From an uncultured Armatimonadales bacterium (GTDB lineage: Bacteria; Armatimonadota; Armatimonadia; Armatimonadales; Capsulimonadaceae): DNA of 64,000 bases. Where the stretch lies: the NCBI GenBank assembly GCA_964252595.1, contig CAXUNT010000012.1:4537-68536 (forward strand). Direction: 5' to 3'. The translations under genes were made by a program, and so were the position numbers. This document shows positions 54,818 to 64,000 of the stretch, one piece after another (positions within the stretch are counted from its first letter, which is position 1; every line of letters begins with the position of its first letter). The notes beneath the pieces were generated by a model that was not told the origin of the DNA, searched no databases, and saw only the letters and a program-made list of their open reading frames with translations.

Positions 54818-57721
54818 ATGACTACCCTGAGCTTTCTGAAACATCATGCCCTCTTCTGCGCCGCTGCCGCCGCCGCAGTCGCCCTGCTCGGCTCGGCCGC
54901 GACGGCGCAGACCCCGGCGCCGCCGTCCGCCGTGAACCCGCTTGTGACCGGCAAAAGCATCACGCTTCCGCCGCTCGGCTCGACCACCAACGTCGGCAGC
55001 CTGCCCATGAACATGATCGTCACGCCCGACGGCAAGTTCGCGATCTCCACCGACATGGGCTTTCGCGAGTCCCTGCATGTCCTCAGCACTACGACCGGCA
55101 AAGACGCCGGCCCAGCCCTTGTCTTCGGCCCGGATGCCGGCAATACGACGTTCGGCCCGAACGGATTGTATTACGGCCTTGCCGCTCAGTCCAATCCCGA
55201 CGGCAGCTCGACCATTTATGCCTCCGAAGGCACCGTCACTGCGCCGGCAAAATCCGGTCTTCCGAACACCGGTGCGGTGGCCGTGGTCAACGTCAGCCCG
55301 GCGGGAACGCTCACGCTAGCCAAGACGATCACCCTGAAAAATCCCGGCGACTTCCCAGCAGGCGTCGCGCTTGACAGCCGCGGCTACCTGTACGTCGCCA
55401 TCAACGAGAACTATGGCGCAGGCTCCATCGCCAACATCACAACGCCGGGCAGCCTCGCGATCATCAATACCAGCACCGGCGCGGAAGTAGGACGCTACTC
55501 GTTTGCCGAAGCCGCCGGCAACCTCACGCTCGGTGGAGGCAACACCGCGTCGTTTACGCCGTCAAACTTCCCGCTGTCGGTCGCGGCTCTGAGCGACGGC
55601 TCCAAAGTCTATGTGTCTTCCCAGCGCGACAACGCCGTTTATGTCCTCAACTGCGCCAGTCCAGCGGCCCCGACCCAGAGCGCGGCGCTCGCGACCGGGC
55701 AGCATCCGATCTCCCTGCTGCTCAACAAAGCGCAGACCAAGCTGTATGTCGCCAATGCCCATAGCGAAACCGTCTCAGTGGTGAATACCACGAACAACAC
55801 GGTTGCCGCCACAGTCCTGCTCCAGCCGACCGGTACGCGCGGCCTATCCGGCGTCACCCCCACCGGTCTCGGCTTGACCCCGGACGAGAGCCGGCTGTAT
55901 GTGTCCCTCGGCGACATGAACGCCATCGGCGTCGTGGACACGGCCTCTAATGCGCTCATCGGCTACATCCCGGCCGGCTGGTATCCGACCGCCGTGGTCG
56001 CGTCTCCCGTCAAACCTGTGATTTTAGTCGCCAACGCCAAAGGCACGCTGACCCGCTACCCGAACCCCAGCTATCAGCAGTTCTCTTTCGCCAACCAATA
56101 TGACCTGAACATCATTGAAGGCAACGTGGAAACGATCCGCGTTCCCGGCGCATCCCAGCTTGCATCGTACACGCAGATGACGCTGGCGAACAACAAAATT
56201 GCGGCCATCGCCAATCCGGCGCCCAGCCCGCTGGCGGGCATTAATCTCGCCGCGCAGAACGGCATCAAACACGTTTTCTACATCATCAAGGAAAACCGGA
56301 CCTACGATCAGGTGCTGGGCGATCTGCCCCAGGGCAACGGCGACTCCAGCCTGGTGCTGTTTGGGAAAAACGTCACGCCCAACCTGCACGCGCTGGCGTC
56401 CCGGTTTGTCCTGCTGGACAACTTCTACGACTGCGCGGAAGCGTCCGGCGACGGCTGGCCCTGGTCCACCCAGGGGCAGGCGTCCGAGTACGTCATCAAG
56501 AACCTGCCGTACAACTACAGCGGCCGCGGGCGCAATTACGACTTTGAGGGCGCGAACAACAATTATCCCGTCGGCGGCTTTCCGGCCACCGATCCTTACG
56601 GCCAGCCGCTGGTGCCGTCTTCGCCGTTCCGCGACCCCGCCACCGGCGCCGCCCCGGCCATCCATGACGTGTCCGTTGCACCCGGCGGCCATATCTGGGA
56701 CGATGTCCAGGAGAACGTCAATCTCGCCGGCACCGGCCTGACGACAAAGTACCGCAACTACGGCTTCTTTGCGCTCTTTGGCGACAACGTCAACACGCCC
56801 GACAACTACCCGACTGATCTCGGTCTGCAGCCCGCCGGACATGACGGCGGCGGCGTGACGGACATTGACTTCCGCGAGTACGATGCCACTTACCCGGACA
56901 GCGAGGGACCGGCCGCCGTCAGCAGCTTGTACCCCAGAGCCGCCTATGGGCATTACAACGCGCCCAGCCGCTACACAGAATGGAACCGCGAGTTCCAGCA
57001 GATGCTGGCCGCCAAACCCGACGGCAGCACAGTCCCGGCGTTTGAGACCGTGCGATTCATGCACGACCACACGCAGGGCGTCTCGGTCGTCACGGACTCG
57101 ACAGGCAACTACATCCGGTCGAACCACCTGCCGACGGCGGAAGTCGCCGACAACGACTATGGCATCGGCCAGTTCGTGCAGGCGATCAGCAGCAGCCCGA
57201 TCTGGAACTCGTCGGCAATTTTTGTCATTGAAGACGACGCGCAGGACGGCCCGGACCATGTGGACTGTCACCGGTCCACGTGCTATGTCATCAGCCCGTT
57301 CATCAAGAAATCATCGGTAGACCACACGTTCTACAACACCGACAGCGTCTTGAAGACGATGGAGCTTCTCTTGAACATCCCGCCGATGAACCAGTACGAT
57401 GCCACGGCCAACCCAATCCTGGACTTCGACACTACGGCCAGCAACACCGGCGTCTACACGGCTACCCAGCCTGCCGCCTCCATCCTGAGCGGCCTTGCTC
57501 CTGCTCCGACCTCCAGCAGCCGTGCGTTGCTGCCGCTGGAAACACTCTGCGCCACAATGGACTTTGTCCACCCCGACAGCGCTCCGGCCGCCGTGCTGAA
57601 CGAAGTCATCTGGAAAAGCGTCAAAGGCATGCACTCCAAGATGCCTGCGATCCGCCATGCCACTAGCCTGCTCGGCAAGACGCCGGCGGCTCACACTGCC
57701 CGCAAAGACAGCGACGAATAA
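54818..57721 (+). CDS. Secreted beta-propeller plus phosphoesterase-family fusion protein (paralogue of 50310-53900)
   Basis: AAGGAG RBS and a signal peptide. Propeller units (VTPDGKFAIS, LSDGSKVYVSSQRDNAVYVLN, LNKAQTKLYVANAHSETVSVVN, LTPDESRLYVSLGDMNAIGVVD). IKHVFYIIKENRTYDQVLGDL and FVIEDDAQDGPDHVDCHRSTCYVISPF. Confidence 0.8.
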   Translation: MTTLSFLKHHALFCAAAAAAVALLGSAATAQTPAPPSAVNPLVTGKSITLPPLGSTTNVGSLPMNMIVTPDGKFAISTDMGFRESLHVLSTTTGKDAGPALVFGPDAGNTTFGPNGLYYGLAAQSNPDGSSTIYASEGTVTAPAKSGLPNTGAVAVVNVSPAGTLTLAKTITLKNPGDFPAGVALDSRGYLYVAINENYGAGSIANITTPGSLAIINTSTGAEVGRYSFAEAAGNLTLGGGNTASFTPSNFPLSVAALSDGSKVYVSSQRDNAVYVLNCASPAAPTQSAALATGQHPISLLLNKAQTKLYVANAHSETVSVVNTTNNTVAATVLLQPTGTRGLSGVTPTGLGLTPDESRLYVSLGDMNAIGVVDTASNALIGYIPAGWYPTAVVASPVKPVILVANAKGTLTRYPNPSYQQFSFANQYDLNIIEGNVETIRVPGASQLASYTQMTLANNKIAAIANPAPSPLAGINLAAQNGIKHVFYIIKENRTYDQVLGDLPQGNGDSSLVLFGKNVTPNLHALASRFVLLDNFYDCAEASGDGWPWSTQGQASEYVIKNLPYNYSGRGRNYDFEGANNNYPVGGFPATDPYGQPLVPSSPFRDPATGAAPAIHDVSVAPGGHIWDDVQENVNLAGTGLTTKYRNYGFFALFGDNVNTPDNYPTDLGLQPAGHDGGGVTDIDFREYDATYPDSEGPAAVSSLYPRAAYGHYNAPSRYTEWNREFQQMLAAKPDGSTVPAFETVRFMHDHTQGVSVVTDSTGNYIRSNHLPTAEVADNDYGIGQFVQAISSSPIWNSSAIFVIEDDAQDGPDHVDCHRSTCYVISPFIKKSSVDHTFYNTDSVLKTMELLLNIPPMNQYDATANPILDFDTTASNTGVYTATQPAASILSGLAPAPTSSSRALLPLETLCATMDFVHPDSAPAAVLNEVIWKSVKGMHSKMPAIRHATSLLGKTPAAHTARKDSDE

Positions 57722-57780
57722 TCGCTGCCTGGCTTGAAGTATAACGGCGGCGAGTAGCGCCGGCCGCCTGAAATAGAAGA

Positions 57781-57814
57781 CCCCGGTTCCAAGCAGTGGA
57801 ACCGGGGCTTTTTT
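57781..57814 (+). terminator. Rho-independent terminator
   Basis: CCCCGGTTCC-AAGCAGT-GGAACCGGGG followed by CTTTTTT. Confidence 0.8.
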
Positions 57815-57952
57815 CGGCTGATGAAATACAAACAAATTACTTTGTGAAATAAAGCAACAAAGGCGGGTATAATCCCAGCAGAAATATCCGCAGAGGTATG
57901 ATTTGTGATGCCCCCCTCCCCCGACCGAATCAACAAGAAAGAGACGCCCCGT

Positions 57953-59926
57953 ATGGACCAACCCGACACAAGCGCGACGCCGCTATTGACAATGTCGTTA
58001 TTGGACGGGATCAACAGCCCCGCCGACCTTAAAGGGCTTTCCCCGGAGCAGCTCAAGACGCTTGCTCAGGAAATCCGCGTGTATTTGACCCAGACCGTCG
58101 CCAAAACCGGCGGGCATCTCGCGCCTTCGCTCGGCGTCGTCGAGCTGACTTTGGCCCTGCACAAAGTCTACAACCTGCCGAAAGATAAGCTGATCTGGGA
58201 TGTCGGGCATCAAGGCTATGTTCACAAGATACTGACGGGGCGCCGCGACCAGCTCCCGACGATCCGGCAGCACGGCGGCCTGTCGGGCTTTCTGCGGATT
58301 GATGAGTCCCCATTTGATTTGTACGGCGCGGGCCACGCATCCACGTCCATCTCGGCGGCGATGGGGTTTGCCAAAGCCCGCGACTTCCGGGGCGCGAAGC
58401 ATTCCGTGCTGGCCCTGATCGGCGACGGTGCACTCACCGGCGGCATGGCATTAGAGGGCCTGAACAATGCCGCCGATGACGGCACGGACATTACGATTGT
58501 TTTGAACGACAACGAGATGTCCATTGCCGAGAACGTCGGGGCGCTGGCGACGTATCTTGCAAAGCTCCGCATGGAGCCGCTATATCAGGCGGGCGAAAAC
58601 ACGGCCAAGCGTATGATCGCCGGGATGCCGGTCGGCTCCGAAATCATCAAGAAAGCGGCCAAGGCGGCCAAGCACACGGCGACCCATTTTGCGACCCCAG
58701 CCCACAAGGGCCTGCTGTTTGAGGAAATGGGCTTCACCTACATCGGTCCGATTGACGGCCACAATCTAGAAAATCTGGTCAATGTGTTCCAGCATGTCAA
58801 GCGCTTGAAAGGCCCGGTCCTGGTCCATGTGCTGACCGTGAAAGGCAAAGGCATTCCGTATGCCGAAGCGAACTCACGGACTTATCACGGCCTCGGCAAG
58901 TTCAGCCCCGACGACGGCAAGACCGAGGCGAAGCTCGCCGGCGTCAGCTTCACGGATGCATTTGTCGAGACTTTGAACGATCTGGCGGAGACCGACGACA
59001 AAATTGTTGGCATCACCGCCGCCATGCCCGACGGCACGGGCCTCAACAAGTTCGCCAAGCTCCACCCCGAACGCTTTTTTGATGTCGGCATCGCCGAGCA
59101 GCACGCGGTCGTCTTCGCCGCCGGCCTGGCCGCCGAAGGCTTCAAGCCTGTGGCTGCCATTTATTCCACGTTTTTACAACGCGCCTACGACCCCATTATT
59201 CACGACGTTGCCTTGCAGCGCCTGCCCGTCCGGTTCTTTTTAGATCGAGGCGGACTCGTTGGGGACGACGGCGGGACCCACCACGGCGTTTTTGACCTCG
59301 CTTACCTCCGCTGCATTCCCAACTTGGTCCTGATGGCGCCAAAAGACACCGACGAGATGCGGGCCATGACCCGTTTTGCCCTGAACTATGACGCCGGTCC
59401 GATTGCCGTGCGCTACCCGCGGGGCGGGCAGGACGCGCTCGGCGAGCAGCCGCGTCCCATCGAGATGGGCCGGGCCGAAACCCTGCGCCGGGGCGGCGAC
59501 ACCGCGCTGATCGGCCTCGGCGCAGGCGTCAAGATCGCGCTCGACGCCGCCGACATCCTCGCGGGGCAGGGCGTGGAAGCGACCGTCATCAATGCCCGCT
59601 TCTGCAAGCCCTTGGATTCCGAGGCCATTCTCAGCGCTGCCCGCCGCTGCGGCTCGGTCGTGACCATCGAAGACGGCGTCGCGTCTGGCGGCTTCGGCTC
59701 GGCCGTTTTAGAACTGCTGTCCGAGGCTGGCCTGACCGTTCCGGTCTCCGTCATCGGCCTGCCCGACCATTTCATTGAACACGGCACGATTCCTGTCCTG
59801 CGAGATTTAGCGGGCTTGACCGCCGAAGAAACTGCTCGCAAGGCGCTGGCGCAGATGCCTCACCATCCTGCACTTGTCAGCGGCACGGACAGCACATTTG
59901 AAAAGCTGCCGGCGGGAGTGCGCTGA
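57953..59926 (+). CDS. dxs: 1-deoxy-D-xylulose-5-phosphate synthase
   Basis: LLDGINSPADLKGLS..QL..LAQEIR, GHQGYVHKILTGR, GDGALTGGMALEGLN, and a transketolase-like C-terminus. The start is ambiguous: the ATG at 57953, or the ATG at 57992, which matches typical Dxs N-termini. TATAAT at 57869-57874. Confidence 0.9.
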   Translation: MDQPDTSATPLLTMSLLDGINSPADLKGLSPEQLKTLAQEIRVYLTQTVAKTGGHLAPSLGVVELTLALHKVYNLPKDKLIWDVGHQGYVHKILTGRRDQLPTIRQHGGLSGFLRIDESPFDLYGAGHASTSISAAMGFAKARDFRGAKHSVLALIGDGALTGGMALEGLNNAADDGTDITIVLNDNEMSIAENVGALATYLAKLRMEPLYQAGENTAKRMIAGMPVGSEIIKKAAKAAKHTATHFATPAHKGLLFEEMGFTYIGPIDGHNLENLVNVFQHVKRLKGPVLVHVLTVKGKGIPYAEANSRTYHGLGKFSPDDGKTEAKLAGVSFTDAFVETLNDLAETDDKIVGITAAMPDGTGLNKFAKLHPERFFDVGIAEQHAVVFAAGLAAEGFKPVAAIYSTFLQRAYDPIIHDVALQRLPVRFFLDRGGLVGDDGGTHHGVFDLAYLRCIPNLVLMAPKDTDEMRAMTRFALNYDAGPIAVRYPRGGQDALGEQPRPIEMGRAETLRRGGDTALIGLGAGVKIALDAADILAGQGVEATVINARFCKPLDSEAILSAARRCGSVVTIEDGVASGGFGSAVLELLSEAGLTVPVSVIGLPDHFIEHGTIPVLRDLAGLTAEETARKALAQMPHHPALVSGTDSTFEKLPAGVR

Positions 59927-59928
59927 CC

Positions 59929-60471
59929 ATGCCGCGCAAGACACGCCGCGCCGTTCCGGCGTCTTCCCCTGCCGGACTGAAGTCGGGCGTACTCGGCTAC
60001 ATTGTGACCGGCCTTGTATGCGCGGGACTCGGCGCAGGCGGGACCTACCTTGCCCTGCGGCCCGCGCTCGCACAGGCGTCTCAAAGCCGGACACTGACCG
60101 CGCAGGCAGACCGGCAGACAGGCGACCAGCAGGAAGACCAGGGACAGTGGCCCCAAGCCATTGCGTCTTACCAGAAAGCCATTGCGGAAGGCATTGACAA
60201 CCCGGACATTCGGACCGATCTTGGTGTTGCGTATTTCAAATCGTCCCAGCCGCAAAAAGCGCTGGAACAGTATGTCATTGCCCAGCATCAAGACCCAAAC
60301 CACGAAAACAGCCTCTTCAACGAAGCCAGCGCGTATGCCGTGCTGGGCGACGGCAAACGAGCCGTTGCCATCTGGCAGACGTATTTAGGGAAGTTCCCAC
60401 AAGGGCAGCATGTCGCCGACGCCAAGAACTTCATTGCCCAAGTGTCGTCGCGCGGCCTGACGCCGAAGTAG
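59929..60471 (+). CDS. Membrane-anchored TPR-repeat protein
   Basis: One TM helix (VLGYIVTGLVCAGLGAGGTYLAL) followed by TPR units. The start is 2 nt after the dxs stop. Confidence 0.65.
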   Translation: MPRKTRRAVPASSPAGLKSGVLGYIVTGLVCAGLGAGGTYLALRPALAQASQSRTLTAQADRQTGDQQEDQGQWPQAIASYQKAIAEGIDNPDIRTDLGVAYFKSSQPQKALEQYVIAQHQDPNHENSLFNEASAYAVLGDGKRAVAIWQTYLGKFPQGQHVADAKNFIAQVSSRGLTPK

Positions 60472-60601
60472 ACTAAGTGCGCTGAACGCAAAAGTTTCGC
60501 GCAGGCGAACGCGGCACTTGACAAGCCTGCCTGCTTTCATGTTATACTGCGGGGAGACATTAATTTCAAACGAATGATCGCATCCACGGAGGGGCAACGG
60601 C

Positions 60602-62224
60602 ATGACGACGCAACGGAATGTGTGGCAGAGAGTTTCTAGGCTTGGCAGCAGGCCGGAGTTTTGGCTGGCTGCCGTGCTGGCGTGGGCGCTGGCGTCAGCC
60701 TCCCGCAGTCTCGGAACGCCCTGGGCGGCAGCGGCGGGGACTGAGGCGCTGCGGTGGACAGCGGGAATTGGCCTCGCGCTGGCCGCCGGCTGGGGGCTGC
60801 GCCGGACGGAAATGGCCGGGCAGCTTGCCGTGCTGCTTCTCGGCGCGATGGCAGGGATCGGTATTCTCGGCAGCGGGTCGGTGCAGGGCGACCTGACAGG
60901 GCCGTACCGGGACCATCAGTTGTACGGGTCGGTTCTCCTTCTTCTCCTTCCGTTCAGCGCCGGAGTCGCGCTGTTCGCTAAGTCTTCGTCCTGGCGCGGG
61001 GCGGCGCTGGCGGCTTTGACCGCCGGGACATTGTGCCTCTTTCTCAGCGAGACCCGCAGCGCCTGGTTTGGACTGGCCGCCGCCGGCCTCGTTTTTGGCG
61101 GTCTGCGGTGGAAGCTGCTGTCACAGCAGAGACTTTCGCTGAAAGCGCTTTTACAGCAGCGGGCGGCGCTGGTTCCCCCGGCCGTTCTTCTTCTCGGCCT
61201 CCTCTTCGGTTTGCTTTCCATCTGGCTTTTGTCCAGCCCGCCCGACCAGAAGGCCGCACTTTTGGCGCGGGCCGGAACGCTGCTTGCCCTCAGCCATGAT
61301 GAAAGCTGGCAGACGCGGCTCGCACTTTGGCGCGGCACGGCGCATCTGGTCGCCGCCCGCCCGCTGACCGGGATCGGGCTGGGGCGCTACCCCGGTGCGG
61401 AGTGGCGCTGGACCCATACCGGCGGGATTTTGCTTCCCAGCGAGCATCCGTCCCTGACTAATCAAGCCCATTCGTTTTACGGGCAGACGGCGGCGGAGAT
61501 CGGGCTGCCGGGCCTCGGCCTGTACCTGGCGGCTCTAGCGGCATTTGCCGTGCAGGCATGGCGGCGGATGATCCCAAGCCGGCGGCGGCAGTCACCCAGC
61601 GGACAGCAGATGCTGCTGATTGCAGCAGTCAGCGCCGTGGCCGGGCAGAGCGTGGATGCGCTGGCTTCGCCGTCGTGGCAATTCCCGGAAGCATCGCTGC
61701 TATTTTGGGCCGTACTGGGCCTGGGCCTCGCATCGCTCCGGCGCGAAACCGTCCCTGCTCCCCTGCCCGTCCCGCTTCAGCGAGTGGGCCGCTGGGCGTT
61801 GTCCGGCGGGCTGGCCGTGGCGCTGGCCGCGCAAATCCTGCCGACAGGCCTGCTGCTGACCCCGGTGGAAGCGTATGCCGCCCCGGCGGGATGGAAGCTG
61901 ACATCCGTCAAGCTTTCTTTGGTTTCACCGACGGGAGCAATCCTGGCCGGCAATATGCTTCAGTTCCAGGTCATCGCGACGTACAGCACAGACATGCTGG
62001 GCCACACGCAGACCGCCGATGTCACCACCAGCACCGGATACACCGTTGCCCTGAGCTATCCAGGATACAGCCACACGGCGGTCCCGTTCAGTAACGGGCA
62101 GTATACCGCGCCGTCCAACTCGTACACGGGCAGCGAAACGCTCAGCATTGCCGCGCGTTTTCAGGACACCAGCAGCGGACAGGTGGCTTACTCAAGCCTC
62201 CCGCTGACGTTCACGCAGCATTGA
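60602..62224 (+). CDS. O-antigen ligase/polymerase-like (Wzy_C-type) polytopic membrane protein with a C-terminal Ig-like domain
   Basis: Many TM segments. SETRSAW, LTGIGLGRY..., NQAHSFYGQTAAEIGLPG are typical of O-antigen ligase-like proteins. GGAGG RBS. Confidence 0.7.
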   Translation: MTTQRNVWQRVSRLGSRPEFWLAAVLAWALASASRSLGTPWAAAAGTEALRWTAGIGLALAAGWGLRRTEMAGQLAVLLLGAMAGIGILGSGSVQGDLTGPYRDHQLYGSVLLLLLPFSAGVALFAKSSSWRGAALAALTAGTLCLFLSETRSAWFGLAAAGLVFGGLRWKLLSQQRLSLKALLQQRAALVPPAVLLLGLLFGLLSIWLLSSPPDQKAALLARAGTLLALSHDESWQTRLALWRGTAHLVAARPLTGIGLGRYPGAEWRWTHTGGILLPSEHPSLTNQAHSFYGQTAAEIGLPGLGLYLAALAAFAVQAWRRMIPSRRRQSPSGQQMLLIAAVSAVAGQSVDALASPSWQFPEASLLFWAVLGLGLASLRRETVPAPLPVPLQRVGRWALSGGLAVALAAQILPTGLLLTPVEAYAAPAGWKLTSVKLSLVSPTGAILAGNMLQFQVIATYSTDMLGHTQTADVTTSTGYTVALSYPGYSHTAVPFSNGQYTAPSNSYTGSETLSIAARFQDTSSGQVAYSSLPLTFTQH

Positions 62225-62320
62225 GTTTAAGTGCGGCGCTTCAACGTGTTTCCAGAAGCAGCCGATGGGGGTAAAAGCGCGTGTGCCGCATTCTTTCGCG
62301 GCCGTAGAAAAGAGACAGCA

Positions 62321-63217
62321 ATGTTTACACGTATTGATAAACTCCAGATGGATTTGCCAGCGAACTCCGACCCGGACCCAGCGGCGGCGGCGGCACTGCA
62401 AGAACTTATGGGCGGGCGCTTCGGCGAGATGTCCACGCTGAACAACTACATGCACCAGTCGTTCTCGATGCGCGGGCGAGGCGACATTGTTCCTTTTTAT
62501 GACCTGGTGGCAAGCATCACCGCAGAAGAATTCGGTCATGTCGAGCTGGTCTCGACTGCCATCAGCCTTCTTCAGAACGGCGGCGAGCCGAACCATGCAG
62601 AGCCGAAAGACGCCCCGCTCAAGAAGATGAACGAAAGCAACGGCATTCGTCATCAGTTCATCAACAACGGCAACAGCGCCCTGGTTGCAGACGCGCAGGG
62701 CGCCCCCTGGCGCGGCGATTATGTCTTCAACAGCGGCAACTTGATCTTGGACTTGCTGCATAATTTCTTTCTCGAAAGCGGCGCACGCATGGGCAAGCTG
62801 CGGGTTTACGAGACTACCAACCATCCCGTTGCCAAGCGCTTGTGCGGCTATCTGCTGTGCCGGGGCGGCGTCCATCAGCTTGCGTATGCCGTGGCGCTGT
62901 CCAAGATGACCGGTGTAGACGTTCCCAAGATGCTGCCGATCCCGGATATTCGCACGGACAAGATTCCAGAGTGCCGCGAGTTCATCGCGCAGGGCCTGCA
63001 CCGCACCTTGTACCGCTTCAGCGCGGATGACTACAAGCATATCGAAGCTGTCTTCAACGGCACTCACCCGGAAGATGGTCTGCCGCTGGAAGTGCGCGAA
63101 GGCACCCTGGCCGGTCATCCTATGGCGGACTTGCCCCCTGCCCCAGCATCCGGCATTCCAAGCTTTGACATGGGCGAGCTAAAAGAGATCACCGCCCGCT
63201 TGATGAGAGACATGTAA
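62321..63217 (+). CDS. Manganese catalase family protein
   Basis: LQELMGGRFGEMSTLNNYMHQSF, ITAEEFGHVELV, CRGGVHQLAY (di-Mn ligand contexts). ATG at 62321. Confidence 0.85.
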   Translation: MFTRIDKLQMDLPANSDPDPAAAAALQELMGGRFGEMSTLNNYMHQSFSMRGRGDIVPFYDLVASITAEEFGHVELVSTAISLLQNGGEPNHAEPKDAPLKKMNESNGIRHQFINNGNSALVADAQGAPWRGDYVFNSGNLILDLLHNFFLESGARMGKLRVYETTNHPVAKRLCGYLLCRGGVHQLAYAVALSKMTGVDVPKMLPIPDIRTDKIPECREFIAQGLHRTLYRFSADDYKHIEAVFNGTHPEDGLPLEVREGTLAGHPMADLPPAPASGIPSFDMGELKEITARLMRDM

Positions 63218-63232
63218 GCATTCAACTGGCAG

Positions 63233-63261
63233 GCCCGGCGCATTTTGCGCCGGGCTTTTTT
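63233..63261 (+). terminator. Rho-independent terminator
   Basis: GCCCGGCGC-ATTTT-GCGCCGGGC followed by TTTTTT. Confidence 0.8.
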
Positions 63262-63312
63262 CTTGCCCCCTATTTCGGGTAACATAACGTCAACTTATTT
63301 TAGGACTTTAAT

Positions 63313-64000
63313 TTGCCCACGGACAAAACTTTTTACATCACGACGCCCATTTACTATGTCAACGGCGTTCCGCACGTCGGCTCGGCGACCACGACCGTCC
63401 TGTGCGATGCGATTGCCCGGTTTCACCGGCTGCGGGGCGACAAGACGTTTTTCCTGACCGGCACCGATGAGAACGCGCCGAAAGTTGCGGCGGCGGCCGC
63501 AAGCGCCGGGACCGAGACGCTGCGGTTTGCCGACAGCGTTTCCCAGCGCTACCGGGACTGCTGGGAGTTCCTGCACATCTCGCAGGACGACTTTATCCGC
63601 ACCACCGAGCGGCGCCATGCCGACGCCGTCGCCGAAGTTTTCCGCCGGTTGCAGGCACAGGGCGACATCTATGCCGGCAAATACGAAGGCTGGTACTCGG
63701 TCAGCGACGAGACGTTTTTTGTCGAATCCGAGGTGGAAAACGGCCGGGCCAAAGAAACCGGCGCGGCCGTGGAATGGGTCTCGGAAGACAATTACTACTT
63801 TCGGCTGTCCGCCTACAACGACCGCCTGCTGGACCACATTGAAGCCCACCCGGAGTTTTTGCAGCCGGACACGCGCCGCAACGAAGTCCTGGCATTTATT
63901 AAAAGCGGCCTTCGGGACGTGGTGATTTCTCGGCGCAACACCGGCTGGGGCATACCCGTGCCGGGCGACCCCTCCCAAGTGATATATGTCTGGTTTGATG
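63313..64000 (+). CDS. metG: Methionyl-tRNA synthetase, 5' part (runs off the window); not present in the supplied ORF track
   Basis: My translation from the TTG at 63313: LPTDKTFYITTPIYYVNGVPHVGSATTTVLCDAIARFHRLRGDKTFFLTGTDENAPKV..., a class I HIGH-region context. An in-frame TAG at 63301 means TTG 63313 is the only plausible start. The frame stays open to nt 64000. Confidence 0.85.
   Translation, partial: MPTDKTFYITTPIYYVNGVPHVGSATTTVLCDAIARFHRLRGDKTFFLTGTDENAPKVAAAAASAGTETLRFADSVSQRYRDCWEFLHISQDDFIRTTERRHADAVAEVFRRLQAQGDIYAGKYEGWYSVSDETFFVESEVENGRAKETGAAVEWVSEDNYYFRLSAYNDRLLDHIEAHPEFLQPDTRRNEVLAFIKSGLRDVVISRRNTGWGIPVPGDPSQVIYVWFD

Overview
Visibly GC-rich bacterial chromosomal window with almost no non-coding space. 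I saw no rRNA, CRISPR array, transposase or integrase. The gene content is reminiscent of Armatimonadota-, Planctomycetota- or Verrucomicrobiota-like diderms: prepilin-type N-terminal 'pseudopilin-like' proteins, PEP-CTERM proteins and many secreted CAZymes. The phylum cannot be proven from this sequence.

Layout:
(1) 1-21.8 kb is a large arabinoxylan/hemicellulose degradation locus. GH8, GH67 and an SGNH esterase lie on the + strand. They converge on a long minus-strand gene string: pseudopilin-like, lipoprotein, GH51, GH43, GH39, GH95, GH127, a disrupted GH3, GH51, GH10. A LacI-family regulator lies upstream at 22.0-23.0 kb with a consensus promoter and a palindromic operator.
(2) 23-28.6 kb holds DinB, LysR, a legumain(C13)-like protein, an APC permease, an amidohydrolase and an odd Glu-type tRNA-like gene.
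(3) 28.9-33.5 kb is an envelope/Kdo cluster: GT39-like, metallophosphoesterase, kdsC, kdsD/kpsF.
(4) 33.6-38.4 kb holds a TPR protein, an NTF2-like protein, GH16 and an internally duplicated SurA-like protein.
(5) 38.4-43.3 kb is a patchy region: an XRE-like fragment, an HKD/PLD-only ORF, a Clp1-type P-loop polynucleotide kinase homologue, an EAL protein and a DUF6065-like protein.
(6) 43.5-48.4 kb holds a second pseudopilin-like gene and a tightly coupled rlmN / NYN-ribonuclease / WYL-regulator string.
(7) 48.5-57.7 kb is the most interesting part. A two-gene cassette (small PEP-CTERM protein plus a large beta-propeller-phosphoesterase fusion) is tandemly duplicated. Each copy is preceded by a homologous promoter with CTTAAYRY direct repeats phased exactly 11 bp apart, a Pho-box-like architecture. 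A third, orphan copy of the promoter module lies at 48.5 kb.
(8) 57.9-64 kb holds dxs, a TPR protein, an O-antigen-ligase-like protein, Mn-catalase and the 5' part of metG.

All family calls come from motifs read in the supplied translations. No database search was run.
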